Part shown: positions 12,735-24,784 of the stretch, in pieces
How the letters are laid out: each line of letters opens with the position of its first letter
Numbering within the stretch: position 1 is the first letter of the stretch
From: Vicugna vicugna
Taxonomy: Eukaryota
Length of the DNA: 55,755 nucleotides
Direction: 5' to 3'
Assembly: GCA_013265495.1 (NCBI GenBank)
Contig: MU058065.1
Location: forward strand, 4,567,003-4,622,757
The notes under the pieces: generated by a model
Databases searched by the model: none
What the model saw: the letters and a program-made list of their open reading frames with translations, nothing else
Told to the model about the DNA's origin: nothing
Translations under genes and position numbers: made by a program

Positions 12735-13060
12735 ACTGATGTTCATAGACGCCATGTGTTGAATGTGGTGATTGTGCTATGAACTTCCATCCATCATCTC
12801 ATTTAATCCTCTCAACAACCATGCTAGTAGGTACTGTTATTATAATTATTCCCCAGCAGTCTTCTAAGGGATTTATGTGTACTAATTCACTTAATTCTCA
12901 CCCAAACTATGTGAAGTATGTATTATACAGATATCATTTTTACAGATGGGGAAAAACTTCAGGTCAGGGAGATACAGTAAATTTCTAGGGTCACACAGTG
13001 TGTGAAGTCTGATTCACAAGGTGTCTACCCCAAAGGCCATACTCTGGACTACAACATTAT
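12735..13060 (-). mobile_element. Two adjacent MIR fragments
   Basis: ctcatttaatcctctcaacaacc, and a second copy cacttaattctcacccaaac...ttttacagatggggaaaac...gtcacacag. Confidence 0.75.
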
Positions 13061-13169
13061 AGCTCTGTCAAGTAGCTTGTTTAAGTTGAATAGTTTGGTG
13101 GTGGTAAGTTCTGAAATGAAATCAAGATCTTCAGTATGTTGGTGGAGTGTTTTTTTTCTCAACTTGCCC

Positions 13170-14103
13170 TGTAGTCTACAGTTTCTAAGATGGTTCCCAA
13201 TGGTCCCTGACTCTTGGTGTTCCCAGTCTTGTGTTATCCCCTTCCCTGAGTGCAGGCTGGACCAGGGCTTTCTATCTAATGAATATGCGATAGCAACAGT
13301 GGCAGGATGTCACTTCCAAAATTAAATTGATAAAAAGACCATGACTTCCGCCTTGCTTGTATCCTTCCTGACTGGCAGGTCGTGTTTGTTTGCTTGGTGA
13401 AGTGAGCTGTCATGCTGTGAGCACCCAGTGAAGAGGCCCACATGGCAAGGAATGGAGGGCAGCCTCCAGCCAATGGCCTGTGAGGAACTGATGTGCTTCA
13501 GCCAACTGCCCAAAAAGCAATGGACTCCTGCCAGTAACTAAGTGAGCTTCGATGTGGATTCTTCCCCATCCAGACCTTAAGACGTTCTATGGACTGAATG
13601 CTTGTGTCCTCCCAAAGTTCACATGTTGACATTCTAATACTCTAAGTGATGTGGGTGGGCCTTTAGGAGGTGGTTAGGTCATGAGGGTGCAGCCCTCATG
13701 AATAGAATTAATGCTCTTGTGAGTAAAGACTCCAGAGAGTTCTCTCGCTTTTCCTGCCAGGTGAGTATACAATAAGTCAGTCATCACCAGCCCAGAAGAG
13801 GGCTTTTCCAGAATCCCACCATGCTGGGCCCTGACCTTGGACTTCCAGAACTGTGAGAAGTACATTTTTGCTGTTTAGCATCCTCCCAGTCTACAGTACC
13901 TTGTTATAGCAGCTGGAACTAAGTCAAGGTATCTTCAGTCCCCACCAACACCTAGCTTATATCCTTGTGAGGGATTCTGAGTCAGGGGCCCCAGTTAAGT
14001 TGTGTTCAGGTTCCTGATCTACAGAAACTATGAGATTATACATATTATTGTTTTAAGCCATAAGTTTTGGTGTAATTTATTATGCCGTAAAAAGTAACTA
14101 ATA
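13170..14103 (+). mobile_element. MaLR solo LTR MLT1F-like, interrupted by an MLT1A insertion
   Basis: ctaagatggttccc...gaggcccacatggcaaggaa...cagcctccagccaa...cagaaactatgaga...ttgttttaagcc...gtaactaata; TSD tgccc (13165-13169) / tgcct (14104-14108). Confidence 0.85.
13583..13926 (+). mobile_element. MaLR solo LTR MLT1A-like, nested in MLT1F
   Basis: ctatggactgaatgcttgtgtcctcccaaagttcacatgttga...ttggacttccag...gttatagcagc...actaagtca. Confidence 0.85.
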
Positions 14104-14231
14104 TGCCTTGGTTTACCCAAAGAGGTAATTCATATCAATCTCAGGATTTTATTAAGCACACAAAGTGTCTGTTAAAAATCATTGAAAATCCCATTTGAAA
14201 TAAAAACTGTATATTTAATAGTTACCATTAA

Positions 14232-14398
14232 GCAACAAATTTCTACTGCATAGCACAGGGAACTATATTTAATATCTTGTAGTAATCTATAATGAAAAAT
14301 AATATAAAAAAGAATATATATATATATATATGTATGACTGAAACATTATGCTGTACACCAGAAATTGAAATATTATAAACTATACTTTAATTAAAAAT
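14232..14398 (+). mobile_element. Truncated young L1 3' end inserted in a MIR remnant
   Basis: tagcacagggaactatatttaatatcttgtag...gctgtacaccagaaatt; TSD-like atagttaccattaa (14218-14231) / acagttgccattaa (14400-14413). Confidence 0.85.
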
Positions 14399-15045
14399 GA
14401 CAGTTGCCATTAACTGGGTACTTCCTGTATGCCAAAGTACTGTGCTAAGTTCTTTGTATATTCAATAATAATAATAGCAACACTTAAGCCTCATACCTTT
14501 GGGAGTTCATTTTTATTAAGTCGTGATTATATTCATCAAATTATGTTTAGTAGTGGTGTTTTGATCTTCTTTTCAGTTGTCTCATCAGTCATTTGTTTAG
14601 CTCTTCCGAGAGATCTCCTTCATCAGATTTGCCTGGGTTCTGGGTCTCCCTGTATTAACCAACTTGCTGGCGCTTCTACACTGCCTTGAGACTTGTTTTA
14701 TTTTTACCAGGATGAATATCACGTTAAAAAAAAGATCAGTCTTTACTTTTAGAAGTGCGCATTGTGCTCGAGACACAGAATCTCCAGCTTGCTCTTTGTA
14801 ATATCTTCTGTGCAAATGCCTATTGCTTCAAATCACTTATTATTAAAGGGTGAGTTCCTTTTATTATTTTTATGACCCTGGAAGGTTTTGACACTTTCTA
14901 TTCTGAATCCTCCGTGCTTTGTTGACAATGGAGCAAAAAGGTTGCGTGTGTAGAAACTTCATCTTCTCGATTAGCATGCAGACTGAAATTGGATTCTTCC
15001 CACATGCCAACAATGGTCATGTCACCATTCATTGTGTAAACCCTC

Positions 15046-15081
15046 AACACACACAAACACACACACACAGACACACACACA
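15046..15081. repeat. Imperfect (CA)n microsatellite
   Basis: Directly visible. Confidence 0.85.
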
Positions 15082-16069
15082 CCCCAGTTATAACAGACTA
15101 GGGTATTTCTGTTGGAATGCTTGATGCTCTATAAACCCAAGGTAAACCCTTTAAATATGTTAGTTCTATTAGTTGCTCCTTCAAGTTTTTCACACATGCA
15201 GGGAGGTACCTTTTTGGAAGAAGATATATCACTGTCAGGACCCTCGTGTACTCATCTCCCTGGATTCTTCAAGTCTACACAGACTATATACTCAGGGTTT
15301 CACACCAAGAGCAGAGTTGAATTAACCACCTGGCAGATTCATTATTTGGGAAAAATTCGTGTATATTCAACACATATGCGTTTCATTTGCCCAGTGCACA
15401 ATCTAGAGATAAACTTTCAGTCCCTTTATATTTTATAATAAAAAAGGATTTAAAAATTGATGTTTAGGTTTTTTTCTCCTTAGATAAACATTTCTAACAT
15501 AATTGCTGAGCTCCTTAGATTCCATTCCATTTATTTTTTCTGTATGACTTTTATTGAAGTTCTGTTTAAGTTCAGGCACCAGGCCATTGAAAAGCATGGA
15601 ACATTTAGGCATTAACAATTTCTTCAAGAGCCTCTTGCCAGATAACTATTGGTGTGTTTTAACTTTTAAGCCTCCTTTCTTCCCCTTAACCCTTGCATTG
15701 AAAAAAATTGATGTTTAAAAGGATTGATTAGTTGTTAGAGAAGACAGGAAATCCTTCTTTCTTGGAGTTCTCTGGAAGGCTCTTCTTAAAACCCTACATG
15801 GATGCTTGTACATTAAAACAAACAATAGCTCTGGCATTATTGTTAAAAAATATGGCCCCGCACCTTTCTGCTCTGGGGCTGTGCTGTAACGTCAGCCAAA
15901 TTATTGTGAAAAATGAATAACTTTGATATCTTAGTGACCATTCTGGATTACTAAAATACAAATAGTAGGACTGTTGCAGGCCAAGCAAATTGTGATGGAT
16001 AGTTTTGGGGACTGTGTGGACCACTTTAGTCATTATAAAGTTTGGGGGAGGGGAGCTGAAGGGAAAGGA

Positions 16070-16315
16070 AGGATGAAGAATGACTCTCCAGTCTTGGCTT
16101 CATGATGGGTGGAGTCATTCAAAGAGGCAGGAAATCCAAACGTCAGTTTGCAGTGACAAATGGTGGATTTCTCTTTGGATATGTTGAGTAGGAGGTGCCC
16201 GACCGACCTTTAGCTGGAAATGTCTAACTGGCAGCTGAATATATTTGTCTGGAGTTCAGGCTAGTGGTCAGGACTTGGAGTTCGTGGGGAATGGAAGGAT
16301 TTAAAGTAATGAGAG
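16070..16315 (-). mobile_element. LINE-2 fragment
   Basis: tttggatatgttgag...gaaatgtctaactggcagctgaatatatttgtctggagttcagg. Confidence 0.7.
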
Positions 16316-16761
16316 AATGTGAACATTAATGGATTGATCTGTTGCTATTTTTAGGGAAAGAGACTTAAACCTACAAAAGCCGGGCAAAAGAAAAATGCCT
16401 TTGGCATCCGTATCTGTTCAAGAGTTTCATGTCCATAAACTTAACTGTATGTGACTTAATCCTTTGAAAATATTTATTCAGCTCTTACACAAAGGCTCAT
16501 CTTACTGTGGTGGGGTTATTTGGGCGCTGGGGAGCATCTTACTCTGGTTCCAGGTGGACATAATTAACCTTACACATCGATGGATGTCCCTCCAAGGAGT
16601 CACCCGCCTATACCTCCATTGAAACAATTGTAAATTAAATTCTGGCATTATTATACTTATTGTATAAACTTTTGTAACAAAAATGTATATAGCAGGCATA
16701 TAACAGATTACTTTGCTTGGCTTATACCACCTTTGTAAAAAAAATTATTTTTAAGGATAGC

Positions 16762-17275
16762 TGTCACAGTTATCTATTGCCATCACAAGGCCATATTAAA
16801 AGAAAAAGGAAGCTGTTTCTGTTTTGTATTTATATTTTGTTTTGTTTTGTTTTTTCATCAGTGGTTTACAACAATTAATTACTGTTCTCATGTCTAGGGA
16901 AAGCTGAAGATTGGCTGGGTGTCTGTGCTGATCTAGGTGGGCTTTCTCAGATGTTCTGGTGTTGGTTAGCTGTCAACTCAGGCATTGTGGTTACTCAGCT
17001 CCACATGACTCTCATCCTTCTGAGAGCTTGTCCTGGTATGTCTTCATAGTGATGTCAGAGGCACAAGAGAGCAAGTCTGACTGCAAGCACATTTCAAACC
17101 TTTGCTTGGACCCTATCTGTTAATATCCCATTGGCCAAGTCATATGGTTGACCCTGGTGGAAAAGGGTGGCATGTGTCCCATTTACAGTGAGAAGACACT
17201 GCCAAGTTGTTTGGCACAGGGTACGGGGTACAGGGACAACGGACAGAAACTGGGCTAGCATTGCAGTCTATCACA
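16762..17275 (-). mobile_element. MaLR solo LTR MLT1G/H-like
   Basis: cagttatctattgc...cagtggtttacaacaa...ctcagctccacatgactctcatcc...atcccattggccaa...tctatcaca; TSD atagc (16757-16761) / acagc (17276-17280). Confidence 0.8.
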
Positions 17276-17498
17276 ACAGCACACTTCCCATCCGTGAGGA
17301 TGGATCCCTCGAAGCAAGAACTAAATTCTCTCTCCTATAGTCTACATATGGTTAATCGGATCAGCGGCTATCACTATGCAAAGCTAAGAAGCTAATTAAG
17401 GGTGTCGAGATGGAAAACAATCTCTTCATCTGAAGTCAAAATTGGTATTATATTTCCCTTGTAAGCTCAAGGTTTCATTGTACTTTAAGAATTATTTT

Positions 17499-17656
17499 GG
17501 GGGGAGGGTAGAGATCAGTGGTAGAGCACATGCTTAGCAGTGCACAAGGTCCTGGGTTCCATCCTCAGTATGTTTACTAAAAACTAAGTAAGTAAATAAA
17601 ACTAATTACCTCCCCCCAAAAAAACCAAAACAAACAAAAATTTTAATGTAAAAAAA
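17499..17656 (+). mobile_element. tRNA-derived SINE, camelid Vic-1-like
   Basis: ggggagggta...tcagtggtagagcacatgcttagc...aggtcctgggttccatcc (degenerate A and B boxes), ctaattacctcccccc, A-rich tail; TSD-like aagaattattt (17487-17497) / aggagttattt (17671-17681). Confidence 0.8.
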
Positions 17657-17974
17657 GGAGTTCTTTAAAAAGGAGTTATTTCCACTGTATTGCCCTTAAT
17701 AACACCATACAAAGAGAATCTTTTTCATAAATGCAAATCTAAATATATTCATCTCTTTATACTGTTTATTGCCTTTACTGTGTTATCTACTAAAAATATT
17801 TATATTAAAACATGGCCTCTGCTCTCAACATGTTTAGAAAAATGGGAAGTAAGTCAAGTACAATGCAAGGTGTTACGTGACTTTAATCAGATTCAATCTA
17901 AGTTTTACACCATTTTGTGGCATCATGTTTTGAGCCCTATGTCAGTTGCTCAAAATTTTCCATTTTTTATAATC

Positions 17975-18135
17975 CTCAGCCAATACACAGTATTATTTAC
18001 ATCCGTTTGGCAACTAAGGAACTGAGATCTATAGTGTTGAAGAAATTTGCTGCAAGTTCACTCACCTACCGAACACTGGATCCAGATTTGAACCTAGCTT
18101 TTGCTACCTCCCCCAAGAACCTAGGTGCTTTTCAT
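17975..18135 (-). mobile_element. MIR SINE
   Basis: aaggaactgagatc...aagaaatttgc...agatttgaacctag. Confidence 0.65.
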
Positions 18136-19224
18136 CAAGCAAAATTGCCTCCTTCTGGTAGGAATCCTTTCTATTAATATTGTATTGGTTCCTAGTAAAA
18201 TTTGGATATGACGTTAAATTTTTAATAGAAAAAATAAAAGATAAGAAAGCTTTTGGGGCACTAAATCAATTTAGTGTTGTTAAACTTTTGAACTGAGCTT
18301 ACAATTTCACCCAATCTTTGTTTTGTAAAACATTTTTAACTCATCATTTCAAACAAGATGTTGTTTACATCTTTAATATTTTGCTGATGAACTGAAAGTC
18401 TTCCAAGCATCTATAATAAATTATTTGGTCTCTACCCTCTGAGACTAATTAATTGGTACTACAGAACATTTAAGAAAATGGAGTACCATTGGCAAACATC
18501 AACTCTTCCACAAAAAGCTTCCAAATGACTCAGAAATGGGCTTCATGAATTTAGCCAGGAAGACATATGTTAAGATAATGTGAATATTCCTATTACTCAT
18601 CCAATAAATGCATATAGAAGAAATCTGCTCGAATGTATAATTTAATATATTAATTATTAAACATGGTCATTAGCTCATTGTTAATAAAGTTATTAAAAAT
18701 TAACATCTTATAGCTATGGAAATTTTTGAAAATTTAACCCTAAGGCAGGATAGTAAACAATCACATCAAATATTTTTGTGATAAAATAGAAATACATAAA
18801 GTATATTAAAACAAGCTATTTAAATAAACTTTAACACATATTTTTATTGCTTTTGACTTCTAAATTTGTTAGAAGTTTTGATTTTCAAAGTCTGGACAGA
18901 AAGGCTACAAAGAAAATTTTTGATCACTTTTTATATCTAATGCATAAATAAGTTATAGATACTAGACTTAGCCCTTTATCAGGCTTTTGAGAAATAGATA
19001 CTTTCTTAAGAGATTAATAAAGAACAAGAAACATAAGCTCTTAAATCTGTACCACTACAGGCAGGACCAAATAGCTCAAAGATGCTAAATATTAGGTACC
19101 TATAAAAACAATTACATGCTTTAAGACTTGTATTGTTATATATCCCTCATGGACAGGTGCAGTAAAATTAGCACAGAAACTTATGTCAGAAAATTATGCT
19201 TCAAAATTTTGCTTTTTTACCTCT

Positions 19225-19500
19225 AATCCTAGCTGTACATTCAAATCATCTGAGACACTGTTAAGATGTATCAATTCCCTGGATTTCATCCCAAGATGTT
19301 GAATTAATTGGTGGTGCCCGGACTGCTTTGTCAAAGCACCCTAGGAGGCAATTTTAAGTGCACACTCAGTTGGAGAAACACAACACTAGAAGGGCAAGTT
19401 GTTGAGCCTGGATCCTCTTCTGTTAAATGGGATGATGTTGATCATTGTCTAACCAATTTCTTGACATTTTTAGGAGAGTCAAATGAGTCAAATGTGTTTT
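19225..19500 (+). mobile_element. MER5B-like MITE (~19225-19383) followed by a MIR fragment
   Basis: gctgtacattcaaatcatctg...ttggagaaacac; then tcctcttctgttaaatggg. Confidence 0.5.
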
Positions 19501-19580
19501 CTTGGCTTTCAATGCTAAGCCTTTCAGCTCTGTTGAATTGCTTTAGTGAACCAAATGGCACTCTTATTAAGGATACTGTA

Positions 19581-19611
<31 letters not shown>

Positions 19612-19650
19612 TGTGTGTGTGTGCGCGCGCACGGGAGAGAGAGACAGACA
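19581..19650. repeat. Compound (TG)n(CG)n(GA)n microsatellite
   Basis: Directly visible. Confidence 0.95.
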
Positions 19651-20029
19651 CAGGACACAGAAAGACAGAGCAAGACATCAATTTGAATGTCATTTCTTGT
19701 TTGTGAATTTGCCTTATTTTTCGTGTAGTAAGAATTTTTTTAATGGATATTTTAAAACTATACTTGGTAGATTTTAATATATGATTAATGCTTTTCAAGC
19801 TAGTCTGAGCCCCTTGTCTGATAAATCTTGTTTCTGTGGTTCTCTACTTACAAGCTAATTTATATTTCTACTCTCTCTTAAAAATACTGTTTATTAGAGA
19901 AGTTTTTTTTTTCAGAACATAGAAATAACACATGCGAACAGAAAATGAGCTGGAAAAATAAATATCAGAGAAATGATCCAGAGAAAAGTACTGTTGACAT
20001 TTTTGATTTGTTACTTTTTTCATTTTTTT

Positions 20030-20410
20030 GGTACTTTTCAAATTCTTTATATGAGTTCATTCCATTAGAAGATGCCAACATGTTATCTGTTGTATGTTTT
20101 GCAAATATTTTTTGATGTGTTGCCACTTTGTGTATTTGCTTGGTTTTGGTACACTGTTAAAACTTTTTGTAATCAAGTAAATTGAGTTTTTTCTCCATGA
20201 TTTCTTCTATTGCTTTCATGTTTATAAAGTCCTTGCTTGATCCAATGTTAGACAAGTATTCACCGTATTTTCTATCTTCTTTGTGACCTTTTTAGTTAGC
20301 TCACTGACCCACTGTTACCATGCAGTGTGGTCCATCTCTCACACATAAATGTAATTTCAGATGGTACAGTTAAGTTTCCCTGAACAATATAGGGACACTT
20401 TTATTCTTTT
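20030..20410 (-). mobile_element. Ancient L1M ORF2 remnant
   Basis: atgttttgcaaatatttt...ttttgtaatcaagt...tgctttcatgtttataaagtcctt are antisense L1 motifs. Confidence 0.5.
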
Positions 20411-20764
20411 AGTTTTCTTTTAAGCCTTGCAATTAAATCAAGGGGAAAGTCTAAGACTTGAGATTAGTGAGTCTTTGAAACTTTTTAAACACATGTTAAT
20501 CTCCTTTAAAAAACAAACAACATGGAGAACTTACAGCCTAATCACTAGCATCACACTAGCATTGGGAATCGTTGCTTCCTGTGTTGAATTTATTTTTATA
20601 AGCATTTTCTATTTTTGGCAAGTCATACATGCTATGCTAACGATACAAAGGTTTTATATAAAAGTAAATATGTTTAAACTCTAAAAGGCATATTCATATA
20701 AAACTTTAAGTGAAGAAGAGTAGAGGTGTAACAGGGGATAGCAGAGGGATAAAGGGGAATGAGG

Positions 20765-20950
20765 TAGCCTGGGTTTCCATCCTGCCAGTATACTCCCCGC
20801 CAAGTGCCCCCGTTATATAACTCCACCTTCATGAACCTCCAGCTCCCACTCCTTAAAATGGGGACATTAATAGTGGCCACCACATAGTTTGGTTGTGAGA
20901 ATTATTTATTTTCTGAAAAGCACTTATAAAAATGCTTAATAAATATTATT
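20765..20950 (+). mobile_element. MIR SINE
   Basis: cctgggtttccatcctg...taaaatggggacattaatagt...ggttgtgagaatt. Confidence 0.7.
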
Positions 20951-21021
20951 AATTATCATCCTTATTAAGATATCTGAAACTTACTTTAAGCTACCTGTGA
21001 TTTATTTTAGAAACTGTTTAA

Positions 21022-21180
21022 GGCAATCATTCTCAGCCTTGGGTATGTTTAAGAATCACCTAGAGAGTTAAAAAAACAGAAAGACCCAGGCTCATTGAAA
21101 TAGAACCAGGCCCTGGCATCAGTATTTTTGCCAAGTTCCTTAAGGGATTCTGATGCCCACAAAAAACTGAGGACTACTGG
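21022..21180 (+). mobile_element. MER5B-like MITE
   Basis: ttctcagccttgg...agaatcacctagagag...ggcatcagtattttt...gattctgatg...tgaggactactg. Confidence 0.65.
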
Positions 21181-21389
21181 ACTCCATCAGTGAACCTTTG
21201 ATGGATGTCAGAAATGATCCTAAAATTCTTGGCTAACTAGCCTGCTTTTCCCGGCTGCTTCCCTTTTTGTTGTCAGACATAGTCCTGAGAGAACACAAAA
21301 AAAAAGCCAATTAATATTTGTTGAGTGACTAAAGGAATAAGTGAGCATATACAAAAGTAAATTAGCACTAATTAACTAGAAGATTATCA

Positions 21390-22500
21390 AATCTTCTTCT
21401 CAAATCAATTTTGAACTTTAATACCATTCCAGTTAAGATCCCAAAGGAACTTTTTTGAAACTTGACAGAATGGTTTTGAATTTCATCTAAAAATAAAACT
21501 AAAAATAACTAAAAAGCAAAGTAATGTTGCAAGACTTGTATCAATGGGGAGAAACTTTATTATAAAGCCACCATACACAGTATGGGAGTAGATCCAGAAT
21601 CATAAATGTGATCAATGGGAAAGAATACATACCCAGGCAAATAAACTTATTTACGTGTAAGTATTTAATATATAATAAATACAACATTTTGAATTCAAGG
21701 GAAATGCCTTTTTTTAAATAAGTGATGCTGGCATTGCCATCCATAAAATATATTTAAAAAGGAAGAGAAAAAAAATGAGAAATACATCATACACCAAGAT
21801 GTATTCCAGCTATATTAAAATTATGTGTACCACAAAATAAAAGACAATGTCGATAAATATTTATATAATATTGACTAGGAAAGACTTTTCTAAACATAAA
21901 ACCAAATCTTTCACACACACAAAAATGAAAATAAATGTATACCTCCCAAATAAACACAACCAACAAATATATAGAAAACCAGGAAAAATATCATAAATGC
22001 AGGGAAAATGTTCATTATCACAGTCACTCAAACTATTCCAATTAAAAAAATTTTCAACTATCAAATTGGCAAGTATTAAAAATTCAAAAGTATTGGCAAA
22101 GAGATTGGGAATTAAGAAACCTGAGGCACTGTATTTCAGAATGTAAATTTTCATAGCACTTCTAGGAGAGAAATTGGCCAGATGTTTTTTTAGACTCTTA
22201 AAAATGTACAAACTCTTTCACCAGTAATTTCCTTTGTGGGACTGTAGGAAATTGTCTAAACTATAGAAAGATTTTGAAAACAGAATCTGTTTCTCTGAAA
22301 TGTTAAAAAAAAAAAAACGAACTGAAAGGACCAACAAGAAGAAATTGGCTAAGAAAATTACAGCACATTTTTGAAATGAAACAATATAAAATATATATGA
22401 TCATAAATGTGTCACTAGAATGTGTATTGTCAAACAAAAATGTCTACAATATATTTCTTCTGTGAACACAAAATGTACATTTTGTAAAAAGGAAAATGAT
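21390..22500 (+). mobile_element. Ancient L1M (L1ME-like) ORF2 3' region and 3' UTR, heavily decayed
   Basis: tttaataccattccagttaagatccca (FNAIPIKIP-like), gatcaatgggaaagaata (DQWNRI-like), atcaaattggcaag; many stops and frameshifts. Confidence 0.7.
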
Positions 22501-22854
22501 ACAACATTCAAAGGACATAACACTAAATCCTGTGGAGTGGTACATTTCTGTCTTTGTGGTTATTGACAAACAATGAATCATTTGAAATATAAATAGTGTT
22601 AGATGACAGCTTTCATAATTCACTGAAGTTAAATCTTCCTTGGTCTATAAGAGACAGGCTGGCAAAACTAAACCTACACTTATTAGTCTCCTTTAATTTA
22701 GTCCAATAAATTAGATTAAATGAATTATTTTAATCCAGAGTCTAAAACTTTAAAGGAAATTTTTAGGTAAGATAGGCTTATCTCTCCTGAAATACAGGTG
22801 GACTGTTTATCTGGCTCTACAAGACACAATTCCAGATTTAATGGTGTGATAGGT

Positions 22855-23310
22855 CTGGAATCAGAACTAACCTTGAATCCTGCTTGGTCTTGAGCAAATC
22901 ACATAATCCTTCTACACCTTAGTTTCTTCATACGCAAAACGGAAAATACTTGCCCTGCCTATAGGAGTGTGTTTTGTTGTTGCTGTTGTTTATTTTGATT
23001 TGGCTTGGGTTTTTTGAGGAACTAAATTTTATTTAATTTTTTAAATTTAAATTTTATTTAAATTTTATTTTTTTTTAGTTGAAGTATAGCCAGTTTACAA
23101 TGTTGCATTAATTTCTGGTATACAGCATAGTGATTCAGTTATACATACATACATATATATGTAGTCCTTTTTTGCAGATGCTAACTACTATGTATAAAAT
23201 AGATAAACAACAAGATCCCACTGTATAGCACAGGGAACTATATTTAATATCTTGTAATAACCTATAGGAGTGTTTTAAGGATTCACTATGCAATGAGACT
23301 GTGTGTATGT
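22855..23310 (+). mobile_element. MIR SINE split by an L1 insertion
   Basis: tctggaatcag...cttgagcaaatcac...agtttcttcatacgcaaaacgg before the insert and ttttaaggattcact after it. Confidence 0.65.
22971..23260 (-). mobile_element. 5'-inverted (twin-primed) truncated L1
   Basis: Minus-strand tail and 3' end 22971-23172, plus-strand upstream piece 23173-23266; perfect 13-bp TSD cctataggagtgt (22958-22970, 23261-23273). Confidence 0.88.
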
Positions 23311-24259
23311 CTGTAGTCATTTAAAAATGCAAAATTGTAAGTCAAATATAGAATGTTAGCCCTGGAAGGGAACTTAAAGCTATTTACAACCATCCCCCAA
23401 TCAAAAGGACACTGTTAATGTAACGAAGATATATACACTCTAATGGAGGTCTAAGTTTTCAATCTTAGAAAAAAGTGATCAGCACTCTCCATTCTGAAGG
23501 AACCTGACCCATTATTAAAAGCCCTATACCATTCAACAATTAAAGCAGTATATAAAGATAAATCAAGGAGTCATGTTTCTTCTCAAAGAAGAACACAACG
23601 TAAAAGGAATAATAAAACCAAGTGATTTAAGTCCCTATAAAATTAATGCATTGTATATGAAGAATTAGCATAAAACATACTGACATTTATAGAATTGTTT
23701 CCAAAATACACTGAAGGAATTCCTTGTTAGAGAAAACAGTGGTTTGGAATCGTTTCCTCATGTGAGCCATAAAAAGTCTTATACTTCAGTACTTTTATTT
23801 AGTTGCTTTAACCACAGTTGAGTTCATGTAAATTGGAGCTTAGCTCTCAAATATGTTTAATCTCTCTAGTCCCAGGATGGAGCAAGCTACTGAATTCTAA
23901 GGCTTTTAAAAGGACACTTCAGTGATGTGATTAGTTTAGTACCAATGAAAATCTACACAGAAGAAGAACTATAGATATCTTTTTTAAAATTAAATTTCTA
24001 AGTTTGAAATGTGCACATGAACTTTTTGTAAAGATTGCATGAATTTGCAAACATTATTAACCAGGTCAACAGCATGATTTGGGGGTCTATGTCCATTTAA
24101 TCAGCAGTTTTTTAATCCAATCTGCTTGTTCCACTTAAAACAAACAAACAAAAAATTCTAATTTTCAATTTTCAAGACATATACTAAATATAACTGTCTC
24201 TTACATTTGAGGTGGAGGCACTCTTTTTAATTTTTGGAAGTTGTCTTATAGGAATTATT

Positions 24260-24478
24260 ATTTCCTTTAATTGTAGCAAAGTACACATAACATAAAATTT
24301 ACCATTTCAGGTTCATTATGTACAATGTTTTGCAGCCATCACTGCTATTGGTTTCCAGAACTTTGGTGTTACCCCCAAAGAAAATCGCATTAAACAGTCA
24401 TGGACCATTGCCCCCTTCCCCAGCTTCTGGTGACTACTAACCCGCTTTCTTTCTCTAGAGATTTACTTATTGTAGATA
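24260..24478 (-). mobile_element. L1MB-like 3' end
   Basis: acataacataaaatttaccatt...gcagccatcact...ttccagaac...cattaaacagtca. Confidence 0.75.
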
Positions 24479-24484
24479 GGAACA

Positions 24485-24756
24485 TTTTTTCTTTAATTGA
24501 GGTGTAATTGACATACAACCTTATAATAGCTTCAGGTGCACAGCATAGTGATTCAATATTTGTATATATATTGCAAAACGGTCACCACAGCAAATCTAAT
24601 TAACATCCAACACCACACACCACAGTTCCGATTTTTTTTCCTTGTGATGAGAACATTTAAGATCTACGCAGCAAATTTCAAATATATGATATAGTATTAT
24701 TCACAGTAGTCACCATGCTGTACATTACATGCCCAGGACTTATTTATTAATAACTG
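24485..24756 (-). mobile_element. L1MA9-like (laurasiatherian) 3' end
   Basis: aattgaggtgtaattgacataca...cttgtgatgagaacatttaagatctac...agtcaccatgctgtacattacat. Confidence 0.8.
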
Positions 24757-24784
24757 CTATTTTTAATTTAACTCTGCTGGATAG

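Noticed and set aside
14570..14630. C/D-box snoRNA-like TGATGA...CTGA on the minus strand
   Set aside because: Too short, no terminal stem and no recognisable rRNA guide
16501..16640. Minus-strand exon ending at a gtaag donor
   Set aside because: No good upstream acceptor and the peptide is unrecognisable
17499..17570. tRNA gene
   Set aside because: Degenerate A and B boxes, no clean cloverleaf, followed by a SINE body, A-tail and TSD
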